NCBI GenBank assembly: GCA_049968255.1
Contig: JBMFRB010000002.1
Location: forward strand, 384,001 to 448,000
DNA: 64,000 bases
Source of the DNA: Candidatus Sumerlaeaceae bacterium
GTDB taxonomy: Bacteria; Sumerlaeota; Sumerlaeia; Sumerlaeales; Sumerlaeaceae
Reading direction: 5' to 3'
Positions within the stretch are counted from its first letter, which is position 1; every line of letters starts with the position of its first letter. The notes beneath the pieces are model-generated. The model had not been told where the DNA came from, ran no database searches, and worked only from the letters and a program-made list of their open reading frames with translations. Shown here in pieces: positions 9,698-18,822 of this stretch. Made by a program: the position numbers and the translations under genes.

Positions 9698-10915
9698 ATG
9701 GCCAGCAAGCGTTTGTGCGCGCGCAAACATCGGTTCAGCAGGTTTCAGCGGATGCAGATCGGAAGCGGGGGTATCATCTGGACGGTCTGGCTAGTGATCC
9801 TTTTTGTGCCGCACATGATCTTGGGGCAACAGGCTGCCAGCCGGCCGGCGATGAATCAGTCGTTTGGTGCATCGTCGTCGGCGCCGGAGGAATACGAGCT
9901 GCGACTCAACGGAATTGAACCTACGCCGGAAAACTGCCTGCACCTGCTGAAAGAAGGTTTACCAGCCACTGTTGATCCTCAGAAATTGCCCGACACTCCG
10001 CCGGAAAAAACACAACTCGCGGTAGACGCGATGGCAATACTGGCAAAGTCTCGTTATCGGGCCAGTGCCGAGACGCTCCTTTCAATCGCGCGGCAGGATT
10101 TTCCAAAAGGAGTTCAGTTTTTGCTAAACTTTGACCTTGCGGCCACTGCGCCGGAGAACAGAGAACTTTTTCGGGCACGCGCATCGGAAATTCTCCAGTA
10201 CAATGCCATCAATGCGTTGGGGCTGCTGGGGGAGACGCGGGCACTTCCAATTGCGCGATCGGTCTACGAGCATGAGGGTCGAATTGCCCCCAAAATCCAA
10301 TATGCTCTCACGCTCGCAAGCTTGGGCGATGCGTCAGGGATGGACGTGCTTATCCAGGTCATATCACAGCAAAATCGCCGGGAAAGTGTCGCCGCTGCAA
10401 AAGCGTTCGCTTTGATTACTGGTCTAGATTTCGGCTACACAGATCAAACCCCCATCAAGAAACGCAAGGATATTGCGCGCAAATATCAGGAATGGTGGCG
10501 CACAAATAAAGCCACGTTTCAGCCGGATCCGAAAGCGGTGTTGGCACGCCGTCTGGCGCCGGAGAAAAAGATAGATTTTCAGCCTCGTACCACGCGAGAC
10601 CTTGTGAAACTGTCGAGCATGTATTTTGACATGGAAAACAAACCGCGAGTGATCGAGGCTCGTGAGCGCCTCGCCGCGTCAGGTGCAATGATCAATGGCG
10701 ACCTTGAAAAACTCATGTTCGACGAAATGGAGGATCTAAACATTCGGCTGGAAGCGATGAACTGGTATTATGAAATCAACCGTGGGCGCGCAAAGGAGGT
10801 TTTCAAGCGCCTGCGCCGCGATGCAAACCCAGAAATTGCTGACAAAGCGTCGGTGCTCTTGCAGAAGATTGCAAACCCCGAAACAGGCGAACTCATGATT
10901 CCTAACGCACGGTGA
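9698..10915 (+). CDS. Exported HEAT/PBS-lyase repeat protein
   Basis: Hydrophobic signal/TM segment; repeats such as AINALGLLGETRALP and ALTLASLGDASGMDVL; start codon uncertain. Confidence 0.65.
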   Translation: MASKRLCARKHRFSRFQRMQIGSGGIIWTVWLVILFVPHMILGQQAASRPAMNQSFGASSSAPEEYELRLNGIEPTPENCLHLLKEGLPATVDPQKLPDTPPEKTQLAVDAMAILAKSRYRASAETLLSIARQDFPKGVQFLLNFDLAATAPENRELFRARASEILQYNAINALGLLGETRALPIARSVYEHEGRIAPKIQYALTLASLGDASGMDVLIQVISQQNRRESVAAAKAFALITGLDFGYTDQTPIKKRKDIARKYQEWWRTNKATFQPDPKAVLARRLAPEKKIDFQPRTTRDLVKLSSMYFDMENKPRVIEARERLAASGAMINGDLEKLMFDEMEDLNIRLEAMNWYYEINRGRAKEVFKRLRRDANPEIADKASVLLQKIANPETGELMIPNAR

Positions 10916-10936
10916 GAAAATCCTTTGTTTAGGAGA

Positions 10937-12457
10937 ATGCCGCGAAAACATTCCGAGGGCGAAGTGCGCCCCGATGCCATTGTTCTGGCGAACCTTCCGC
11001 TCCGCGATCTGACACTCGCAGGAGCGCTCCTGGCCTTGTCAGCGGTTGGGTTTGTTCTCGGTCTCGCGGGGTCAGCAGTTCTCCCCGTACGCTACGCGCC
11101 GCTCTCAGCTTATTTGCCTGTTGCTGGCGCTCTAGCGGGTGCTAGTGCACTTGTCATTGCCCTGCGCCCCAAGTGGGTTTTCTACGGATTCGTATTCTTC
11201 TGTGTGTTTAGTTACGAAACACTTGAAGAAGTGTACGTTCCTCTTGGCTTCCTGAAGCTTTACATTCAAGACGTGGTCTTGGTGTTCAATCTCGCCTACG
11301 TCGCGCTTCGACTGATTTTTGCTAAAGTACAGCACCGCAAGGTCGCGCTGAACAAATTCGTGATTCTCTACTTCGTACTCGGCATTTTTTCGACAGCCAA
11401 TGGCCTCTTGTTATCGCAAAATCCTTACGATAGAGTGTTTGGCGATTTCCGCCGCGCGTTCGTATACTTTTTGAATTATTTTTTTGTCCTCTATTTGATA
11501 GACAATGAGCGCGAGCGTGTGTTTTTCCGCAATTTGCTCGTGGCGGCATGCGGAGCCCTGATCGGAAAAGGCATCTTTCAGATTTTAACAGGGCAGTTTT
11601 ACTATCGGCGTATGGGCGACGCCGCTCACATTCTTAGCCACATCGAACTGACCTTCCTTTCTTTTGGTGTTTTTTATGCAGTGGCGCACCTGTTTTTTGA
11701 GGGAAACAGCAAGCCGTGGTTACTCGCTTATGCATTTTTGGGTACTATCGTTACTGTAATCGGGAACTATCGTGCATCTTGGCTCGGCTTTGCCGGTGGT
11801 CTTTTCCTCATCTTTCTCTTTCTGCCTGCTCGGCGGAGAGCCCAGCTCACGCTTGTTGTGGCCGGACTACTTGTATTGGCAGCTTTGAGCATCTACGCGT
11901 TGTGGGACGTGGAGGTACTTCAGAGTTCGACGCTCGGCCAGGAAATTTCTGCAAAAGCCGATTTCCGCAATGCGCCCCTAGACGTCAATGTGATTTGGCG
12001 CTTCGATTCTTATCGTGCGGCGATGGAGTATTGGCGTCAGCGCCCGTGGCTAGGTTGTGGGCTCGGAACAATCGTGGACTTCGCCACCATTACTACCCGA
12101 GGAACTCCTTACCTCGCGCTCGATCACCGCGTGCACAACAGCTTCATTTGGTTGTGGATGACACAGGGCATTCTTGGGTTCCCTATCGCCATGCTCCTGC
12201 ACATCGCGTTTCTTGTTATTTCGCTTCGATATGTGAGGCAGACGACGTGGTTGGAGGGTAAAACGACGGTCCTCGCATGTGCTGCGTATGGTGTTTCGAT
12301 GCTGATTTCGACCGCTTTTGAACACTTTCTTGAGACTGGACCAACAATCACGGTCTACAGTGCAGTTATTGGTTTAGCCATACTGACTATTCACGCACGA
12401 CCACCGCGAGAGGAAACGGCCAACAGCGAATCAGAACGCCTGTCAGCACGCTTGTGA
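10937..12457 (+). CDS. O-antigen ligase / Wzy_C family membrane protein
   Basis: About 12 TM segments; YRASWLG, WRFDSY..A...WRQRPWLGCGLG, HNSFIWLWMTQGILG. Confidence 0.85.
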   Translation: MPRKHSEGEVRPDAIVLANLPLRDLTLAGALLALSAVGFVLGLAGSAVLPVRYAPLSAYLPVAGALAGASALVIALRPKWVFYGFVFFCVFSYETLEEVYVPLGFLKLYIQDVVLVFNLAYVALRLIFAKVQHRKVALNKFVILYFVLGIFSTANGLLLSQNPYDRVFGDFRRAFVYFLNYFFVLYLIDNERERVFFRNLLVAACGALIGKGIFQILTGQFYYRRMGDAAHILSHIELTFLSFGVFYAVAHLFFEGNSKPWLLAYAFLGTIVTVIGNYRASWLGFAGGLFLIFLFLPARRRAQLTLVVAGLLVLAALSIYALWDVEVLQSSTLGQEISAKADFRNAPLDVNVIWRFDSYRAAMEYWRQRPWLGCGLGTIVDFATITTRGTPYLALDHRVHNSFIWLWMTQGILGFPIAMLLHIAFLVISLRYVRQTTWLEGKTTVLACAAYGVSMLISTAFEHFLETGPTITVYSAVIGLAILTIHARPPREETANSESERLSARL

Positions 12458-12460
12458 TGA

Positions 12461-13516
12461 TCAATCTCGCCCATCGAGTTCGTCTATCGCTTGAAGCAAA
12501 GCAGCAACGTCGTCTCCAGTGCCAACGGTTATGCGGACGCCATCGCGCAGAGCCCGTGCATCAAAATACCTCACCAAAATTTTGCGTTCCTTAAGCCTTT
12601 GATAAAGCTCTCGCGCATCCGACCGCCGCGCAAAGACGAAATTTCCCGCAGAAGGTGGCACAATAAAGCCCCGTTCGCGAAGCTCCGCGGCCAGGTGCTC
12701 CCGAGTCGTGCAAATTCGTTTCACAATGTCAGCATAAAAACTTGGCGATTCCCATGCTGCTAAAGCGGCAGCCTGACTGATGCGATTCACGTTGTAGCTG
12801 TCCTTGAGCTTGGCTAGCTGACCAATGAGCTCTGAGTTAGCGATAACAAATCCCACACGCAGCCCAGCAAGCGCATAGCATTTTGAGAAGGTGCGAGTAA
12901 TAGCGACGTTGGGGTAGCGGTCAACGAGCCGAATTGCTGTGCAGCCAGCAAAATCGGCGTAAGCCTCGTCAACGACGACAAGGCGCTCTGGTTGCACTCT
13001 AACGAGCTCCTCAAGGACATCAATCGAGTACAGCGTACCCATTGGCGGATTTGGGTTTGCTACAAAGAGGATCTGTGAAACGGTGGTAAAAGCATCCTCT
13101 GGGATTGCATAATCAGGTGGCCGGACATCAAACTCGATGCAACGAGCTCCGAACATGGCCGCAAGCGTGCGATAGAGCACGTAGGTTGGATAGAGCATCG
13201 CCATTGCTTGACCTGGCCACAGGAGCGCGTGACAAATCAATCGCAGCACCTCGTCCGAACCATTTCCCACGAGGACACAGTTCGGTGAAACCTCAAGTCG
13301 TGTGGCAATCGCCTTACGCAACTCTATGGAAGCAGGGTCCGGATACTTATTCAGTGTGCCGTCTGCCAGACAGCGCATGATAGTCTCGGCAACAGCCGGC
13401 GCCGGCAGATACGGGCACTCGTTCGTGTTCAATTTGACATATTTGCCGTCGCGCGGTTGTTCACCTGGCACATAGGCTTCAAGCGAATTGAGAATGCTGT
13501 TGAAACGCATTGGCAT
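12461..13516 (-). CDS. hisC: Histidinol-phosphate aminotransferase
   Basis: YVPGEQP, KLNTNE, NGSDE, ANPN, DEAY, RTFSK..ALAGLRVG; GGAG upstream of ATG at 13516. Confidence 0.93.
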   Translation of the reverse strand: MPMRFNSILNSLEAYVPGEQPRDGKYVKLNTNECPYLPAPAVAETIMRCLADGTLNKYPDPASIELRKAIATRLEVSPNCVLVGNGSDEVLRLICHALLWPGQAMAMLYPTYVLYRTLAAMFGARCIEFDVRPPDYAIPEDAFTTVSQILFVANPNPPMGTLYSIDVLEELVRVQPERLVVVDEAYADFAGCTAIRLVDRYPNVAITRTFSKCYALAGLRVGFVIANSELIGQLAKLKDSYNVNRISQAAALAAWESPSFYADIVKRICTTREHLAAELRERGFIVPPSAGNFVFARRSDARELYQRLKERKILVRYFDARALRDGVRITVGTGDDVAALLQAIDELDGRD

Positions 13517-13580
13517 AAGCGGCTCCGATCGGTCTAACGCTTGATGAACATTCGGAAAAAGCTCGTGAGCAAACACTTTT

Positions 13581-13596
13581 TTGGCATTCTCTTTGC
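13581..13596 (+). promoter_or_regulatory. Putative sigma54 (-24/-12) promoter
   Basis: TTGGCATTCTCTTTGC with exact GG-N10-GC spacing, 57 nt upstream of ATG 13654. Confidence 0.55.
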
Positions 13597-13653
13597 GCTC
13601 TAACGAAGATCGAATATTTATTCCATCAAGGACTGATTCGAGCAGGAAAAAGA

Positions 13654-16635
13654 ATGCATACGTCTAACCAAGGAAAAACACCGCACGGCGGCACTGCTTT
13701 TATTTTCCTAACTGTGAGCGTTTTATTTCTCATGACGGGTGCCTGTGGGCTGATTTACCAAGTGGCCTGGCAGCGCTACCTGCTGAACCTGTTTGGAGCG
13801 ACTCTATACTCTGTTAGCACTGTTCTGGCCGCGTTCATGGGAGGGTTGGCACTTGGGAGCATCCTTTTTGGAAGTTTAGCTGAAAAAACAAAGCACCCGC
13901 TGCGGCTCTATGGAGCCTTAGAGATCGGAGTAGGTTTTGCGGCTCTAGCTGTGCCATTGCTTTTGAAACTGCTCGATCCCTTATTCGTGGCAATCTACCG
14001 GCAATGGGGAGCTAACTTTTTTGCTTATTCGCTGATTCGCTTCGTGCTCGTATTCTGCATTCTGCTCATCCCGACGACGATGATGGGTGGCACACTGCCA
14101 CTTCTTTCAAAATTTGTGGCTCCGCACGGGAGGCGCTCTGGCATGCGTGTTGGCGCGCTCTACGCATTAAACACTTTTGGTGCAGTTGTCGGCACCGTCC
14201 TTTGCGGCTTCTATCTCATACGTTCACTCGGGGTTTCGAAAACAATCGAGATTGCGGCTCTGCTCAATGTGCTCGCTGGTCTAGGTGCGCTAGGAATTTC
14301 GATCCGGGCCCAAAACTTGGAAGACACAGAAGACGCGAGCAGCGCTCACGAATCCCCACCGGCAGAGGAGCTGCCAGAGACCTTGCAGACGGTCCGTCGG
14401 CGCCGCCTGGTTCTCATCGCCTATTTTATCTCGGGTTTTGCCGCCCTTGGCCTCGAAGTTGTTTGGAGCCGTGCGCTCGTCTTCACTTTTGAGCTGCTCA
14501 AAAACACGACATACAGTTTCACGGCGATGCTCGCAGTCTTTCTTGTGGGCATCGCATTAGGAAGTTTTTCAGCGACGCCTCTCGTTGAGCGGGATAAGAG
14601 ACCTTGGCGGACTTTCGCTTTGTTGCAAATTCTCGTCGGCCTGGCTTCTGCGATCTCGTTTTTTGTGCTTCACGAGCTGTGTTATTCCCTTGGCGCTACC
14701 TGGGTTCAGCTTGTTGACGCGGAAACGGGCGCTGTTCGTTGGACGCAGACGCTTGCCCTCGTTTTTCTTCGAAGTGCCGTTGTGGTTTTGCCGCCGACAT
14801 TCTTGATGGGACTCGCATTTCCCTACGCCGTTCGTTGCGTGATGCTCTTTTCCCCCCGCAGCGAAACAGGGAGGAATGTGGGACGCCTTTACGCAGTTAA
14901 CACGCTTGGCGCAATCTTGGGCTCATTCCTCACGGGGTTTTTCTTGTTGCCAGTGTTGGGGATAGCTCATACGATTTGGCTGTTCGGTGCAGCTCAGGCA
15001 GCCACAGGGCTTTTTTTGGTATGGCACGACGAGGTCGCAGAGCGTTCGCGCCGGCTTATCTGGGCCATTCTTGCAGTGGCCGCGATCGCGATTACGTTTG
15101 TTCGCATTCCGTCGCCCACTGTATTTCAGCCTTTGGAACCACTTGAAAAACTTCTCTTCTACAAAGAGGGGCCCCTAGCAACGGTCGCCGTCACTGAAAA
15201 TAGTCTTGGTTACCGCACGATTTTTGTAGATAACGTCGGAGTAGCAGGGACTGAGCCCATGTTGCTCACGGACCAGAAAAGCCTTGCTCATGTGCCCATG
15301 CTCCTTCTCGACAAGCCAAAATCTGCACTCACCGTCGGCTTCGGCAGTGGTGGCGCTAGCTACTCGTATACTCTGCACCCAGAGCTTGAGCGCATTGATT
15401 GCGTGGAAATCACTGAGACAGTCGTTGAGGCGGCCCCTACATTGGTAGCGTCAAATCACGATGTTGTGATGTACGCACCTGAATATAAGAAACGGACCGG
15501 TCACGCACCCGTCGGCCCCCCACTTTGGAACGATGGCGGTCGTAGCGGCTGGTACAAAAGCGATCCGCGTTACAGAATCATCCTCGACGACGTGCGAAGC
15601 TACCTGCATTTCACCGACACAAAGTACGATATTATTGCCACCGATTGCACGGACCTCCGTTACAAATCAAACGCTAACCTTTACGATCTCGAGTATTTTC
15701 TGCTTACGCGGCAGAAGATCACAGACAACGGGATGGTGGTTGTCTGGATGCCATTGGCCGGATTGAGCGATGAAGCGTTCCGAGTTGCCCTTCGCACATT
15801 TTATCGAGTTTTTCCGAAAATGGAAGTGTTTTACATGAATAACGAGCCCACGCATTATATCCTGCTGATCGGCACAAAGCGCCCCCTCCACGTCGACGTG
15901 GCTCATATGAGGCAAAAGCTGGCAAATCCACGCATTCGGGAAGATCTAGCCGAACTTCACCTCGATTCGGCAGAAAAGATTCTCTCGTGTTTCGTGTGCG
16001 GAAGAGAGGCGCTCAGAACCTATCTATCGGGAGATCTTCTCAACACCGAGGATTTCCCCTATCTGGAATTTGAGTCGCCGCGATTCGGTTACGGCGACGC
16101 ACCGTTGCTGGCAAATCTCGATTCTCTTTGGAAAGTACGCGAGCATCCCGTCAAACTCATCGAGCCAAGTTCACTCGATTCGCTAACGAGTCAGCGCCTG
16201 GCCCTGTACTACGCCGCAGCGCCAGACATTATCGAGGGTCACAAACATTATCGACGCGTGGAGGTGCTTGATGCTGCGCGGTACTGGCTTCGAGCACTTG
16301 AGAAAAACCCATACGACGCCGCAGTGAAAAATCTTCTAGTGTTCGACGAACTACGTCGAAAAGTCAAAGGCCAACCAGAAAACCTGTGGGCAAAGCTCAC
16401 GCTTGCAGATGTCCTCATTCTCCAGAGCAAGGATGTGGAGGCGGCCACCCTGCTCAGCGATATTGTGCGTATGGCGTCGAGCAAACCTGACCTCGGTGGT
16501 GCATCCGAATTTTACAAACTGGCGTGTGAGCGCCTTGCGAAACTGTACGAACGGCGAGGAAACCAGCAGGAAGCAGCACGTTACCGTGCAAAGGCACTGC
16601 AGGGACTCAGTGCTATGAGTGCAGGAAACAATTGA
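13654..16635 (+). CDS. Fused multi-TM (MFS-like) / spermidine synthase-like protein with C-terminal TPR-like region
   Basis: Duplicated TM halves (GALYALNTFGAVVG / GRLYAVNTLGAILG); SAM-fold motifs VGFGSG, CVEI, DDVR, YDIIATDCTD. Confidence 0.85.
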   Translation: MHTSNQGKTPHGGTAFIFLTVSVLFLMTGACGLIYQVAWQRYLLNLFGATLYSVSTVLAAFMGGLALGSILFGSLAEKTKHPLRLYGALEIGVGFAALAVPLLLKLLDPLFVAIYRQWGANFFAYSLIRFVLVFCILLIPTTMMGGTLPLLSKFVAPHGRRSGMRVGALYALNTFGAVVGTVLCGFYLIRSLGVSKTIEIAALLNVLAGLGALGISIRAQNLEDTEDASSAHESPPAEELPETLQTVRRRRLVLIAYFISGFAALGLEVVWSRALVFTFELLKNTTYSFTAMLAVFLVGIALGSFSATPLVERDKRPWRTFALLQILVGLASAISFFVLHELCYSLGATWVQLVDAETGAVRWTQTLALVFLRSAVVVLPPTFLMGLAFPYAVRCVMLFSPRSETGRNVGRLYAVNTLGAILGSFLTGFFLLPVLGIAHTIWLFGAAQAATGLFLVWHDEVAERSRRLIWAILAVAAIAITFVRIPSPTVFQPLEPLEKLLFYKEGPLATVAVTENSLGYRTIFVDNVGVAGTEPMLLTDQKSLAHVPMLLLDKPKSALTVGFGSGGASYSYTLHPELERIDCVEITETVVEAAPTLVASNHDVVMYAPEYKKRTGHAPVGPPLWNDGGRSGWYKSDPRYRIILDDVRSYLHFTDTKYDIIATDCTDLRYKSNANLYDLEYFLLTRQKITDNGMVVVWMPLAGLSDEAFRVALRTFYRVFPKMEVFYMNNEPTHYILLIGTKRPLHVDVAHMRQKLANPRIREDLAELHLDSAEKILSCFVCGREALRTYLSGDLLNTEDFPYLEFESPRFGYGDAPLLANLDSLWKVREHPVKLIEPSSLDSLTSQRLALYYAAAPDIIEGHKHYRRVEVLDAARYWLRALEKNPYDAAVKNLLVFDELRRKVKGQPENLWAKLTLADVLILQSKDVEAATLLSDIVRMASSKPDLGGASEFYKLACERLAKLYERRGNQQEAARYRAKALQGLSAMSAGNN

Positions 16636-17723
16636 TGAAAGTAACATTTTCCGTCGCATTGCTTTTCCTTGTCGCAGCTTTCGCGTTTTTGCAGGCACCA
16701 GGGGAGGCTGCACCCCGCGCGAATGAACCCACTCCCCAACTTGTTATCGACGCGCATGTTGATCCAGGGTGGCGGATTCTTGATTTTCAACAAAGCCTCG
16801 CTGAGCCAGATGATGGTCAAGTCGGAATTCCCCAATGGCGGGCCGGTGGGCTTAACGTCGTTTGGGTGGCAATTTGGGTCGACCCACGCCGATACGCAGG
16901 ACCCGAAGCGCTGCGGCGAGCAGATGCACTCATTGATGCAGTCACGGCTGACATTAGCCGGAATAGCAAGGATCTTGTCCTGTGCCGAACTTCACGCGAA
17001 TGTCTGGCCGCGGCACAGCGCCGGAAGATTGCCATCCTGTTGGGGCTTGAAGGCGGCGAACCGCTGCTTAATTCGCCGGAAATGGTGGACTACTTTTGGC
17101 GCAAGGGAGTTCGGCGAATTACCTTAACCTGGCGCGGCGATATGGCCTGGGCTGGCTCGTCGCAGCAGTGGGATCAAACACCAGTGCGATCCCCAAAAGG
17201 GCTTTCGGATCTCGGCAGAAGAATCATCGAAAGAATGAACATGCGCGGCATAGTGGTTGATCTCTCTCACACTAGTGAACTCACTGCTCACCAAGCACTT
17301 GAGATCTCTCGCTACCCGTGCATTTTTTCCCACTCAAATTGCTCGGCACTTTGTCAGCATCCGCGAAATGTCAGCGACGACCTTCTCAAGCAATTGGCGG
17401 CAAACGGTGGTGTCATCGGCGTGAATTTCCACAGCAAATTTCTCGTGCGCCGCTCTCCTTTTTCTCTGCGAGCGGCAAGCATCGAGGACGTTGTGGAACA
17501 CATCGAGCACATTCGCAAAGTGGCAGGGATAGACCATGTCGGCATAGGGAGTGACTGGGACGGCGACATTCTGCCTGCGAGAGGTTTAGAAGATGCTTCA
17601 AAGCTTCCGTCATTGTGGCAAGCGCTGCGCAATCGCGGCTACTCTCCCGAGGACATCAGCAAAATTGCCGGGGGCAATTTTTTCCGTGTTCTGCAAGCAA
17701 ACGAAGCAGAATTGTCACGTTAG
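16632..17723 (+). CDS. M19 membrane dipeptidase (exported)
   Basis: Signal peptide; DAHVD, GLEGG, VDLSH, SHS, HPRNVSD, GIGSDWDG, GGNF. Confidence 0.9.
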   Translation: MMKVTFSVALLFLVAAFAFLQAPGEAAPRANEPTPQLVIDAHVDPGWRILDFQQSLAEPDDGQVGIPQWRAGGLNVVWVAIWVDPRRYAGPEALRRADALIDAVTADISRNSKDLVLCRTSRECLAAAQRRKIAILLGLEGGEPLLNSPEMVDYFWRKGVRRITLTWRGDMAWAGSSQQWDQTPVRSPKGLSDLGRRIIERMNMRGIVVDLSHTSELTAHQALEISRYPCIFSHSNCSALCQHPRNVSDDLLKQLAANGGVIGVNFHSKFLVRRSPFSLRAASIEDVVEHIEHIRKVAGIDHVGIGSDWDGDILPARGLEDASKLPSLWQALRNRGYSPEDISKIAGGNFFRVLQANEAELSR

Positions 17724-17780
17724 CTTATTAGCAAAAGACAAAATCAAGCAATGCGAATAAATTTGCGTGGTAGCAATACA

Positions 17781-17798
17781 TTGTGACAAATTTCACGG
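17781..17798. promoter_or_regulatory. Palindromic operator (Rex-like or CRP/FNR-like) upstream of nuo operon
   Basis: TTGTGACAAATTTCACGG versus Rex TTGTGAA-N4-TTCACAA and CRP TGTGA-N6-TCACA. Confidence 0.55.
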
Positions 17799-17941
17799 AC
17801 CACCTTGGTCCTATTAGAATGAGAATCGGTCAGTGGGTGAGATATTTTTTTCTCTTGAGCCCGTCAGGCAGATTGACAGCTTGCCTGAAGCGGTCAGGTT
17901 GATATCTCTGCGTCGCTTGAAAAATACGAGTGTACTAAGAC

Positions 17942-18304
17942 ATGCTTGAACTTCTCGTTTACACGGTGATGGTTTTCGTGGTGGCGGCAGGAGCGATTGT
18001 CGCCAGTACGCTCCTCGGGCGGCCACGCCACACCCCTTACAAGGACACGCCTTACGAATCAGGCATTGCGCCAACAGGGCCAGCCCGGCTTCGCACGACA
18101 ATCCCCTATTATCTTGTCGCTCTGTGCTTCCTGATCTTCGACGTCGAAGTGGTTTTTCTCTATCCTTGGGCTATTCGCTTTTATGAGCTATCTTGGGAAG
18201 GCTTTGTAAAGGCTTTCATCTTCATCGCGTTCCTTTACGCAGGTCTTGTTTACGTCTGGATTCGCAAGGGGTTGGTATGGCAACGTCCTTCGAAAATAGT
18301 CTGA
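17942..18304 (+). CDS. nuoA: NADH-quinone oxidoreductase subunit A
   Basis: PYESG, YYLVA..FLIFDVE..FLYPWA. Confidence 0.95.
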   Translation: MLELLVYTVMVFVVAAGAIVASTLLGRPRHTPYKDTPYESGIAPTGPARLRTTIPYYLVALCFLIFDVEVVFLYPWAIRFYELSWEGFVKAFIFIAFLYAGLVYVWIRKGLVWQRPSKIV

Positions 18305-18822
18305 AGCAAAGCTTCGTTTTTGCCAAACTTTCCGACCTCGTGAATTGGGGACGGAAGTACTCCGTATGGCCTTTCAATTTTGGCCTAAGTTGCTGTTATG
18401 TCGAGATGACCACCAGTTTTACGTCGAAGTACGACGTATCGCGTTTTGGTGCGGAGGTGCTACGAGGCACGCCACGCGAGGCCGACCTTATGGTCATTGC
18501 TGGTACAGTGTTCAAGAAAATGGTTCCGAGCATTGTGCGCCTTTACGAGCAGCTCATGGAGCCGAAGTGGGTGATTTCGATGGGTGCGTGTGCCAATTCC
18601 GGAGGCATGTACGACATTTACAGCGTAGTCCAAGGAGTGGATACCATTCTTCCCGTTGACGTGTACATCCCTGGGTGTCCGCCTCGGCCAGAAGCCTTTC
18701 TTGAGGGACTTCTCATGCTTCAGGAAATTATTCAGCATTCGCACAAACGCCCGTTAGGGCTTGTTATAGAGGAGCAGGCTTTTTACCCGCGCGTTAGGGC
18801 TCTGCAGGAGGCGACTCGATGA
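18277..18822 (+). CDS. nuoB: NADH-quinone oxidoreductase subunit B
   Basis: [26 protein letters not shown]. Confidence 0.96.
   Translation: MATSFENSLKQSFVFAKLSDLVNWGRKYSVWPFNFGLSCCYVEMTTSFTSKYDVSRFGAEVLRGTPREADLMVIAGTVFKKMVPSIVRLYEQLMEPKWVISMGACANSGGMYDIYSVVQGVDTILPVDVYIPGCPPRPEAFLEGLLMLQEIIQHSHKRPLGLVIEEQAFYPRVRALQEATR

Noticed and set aside
13517-13653. His attenuator leader upstream of hisC
   Set aside because: The short upstream ORFs have no His-codon runs and no terminator.
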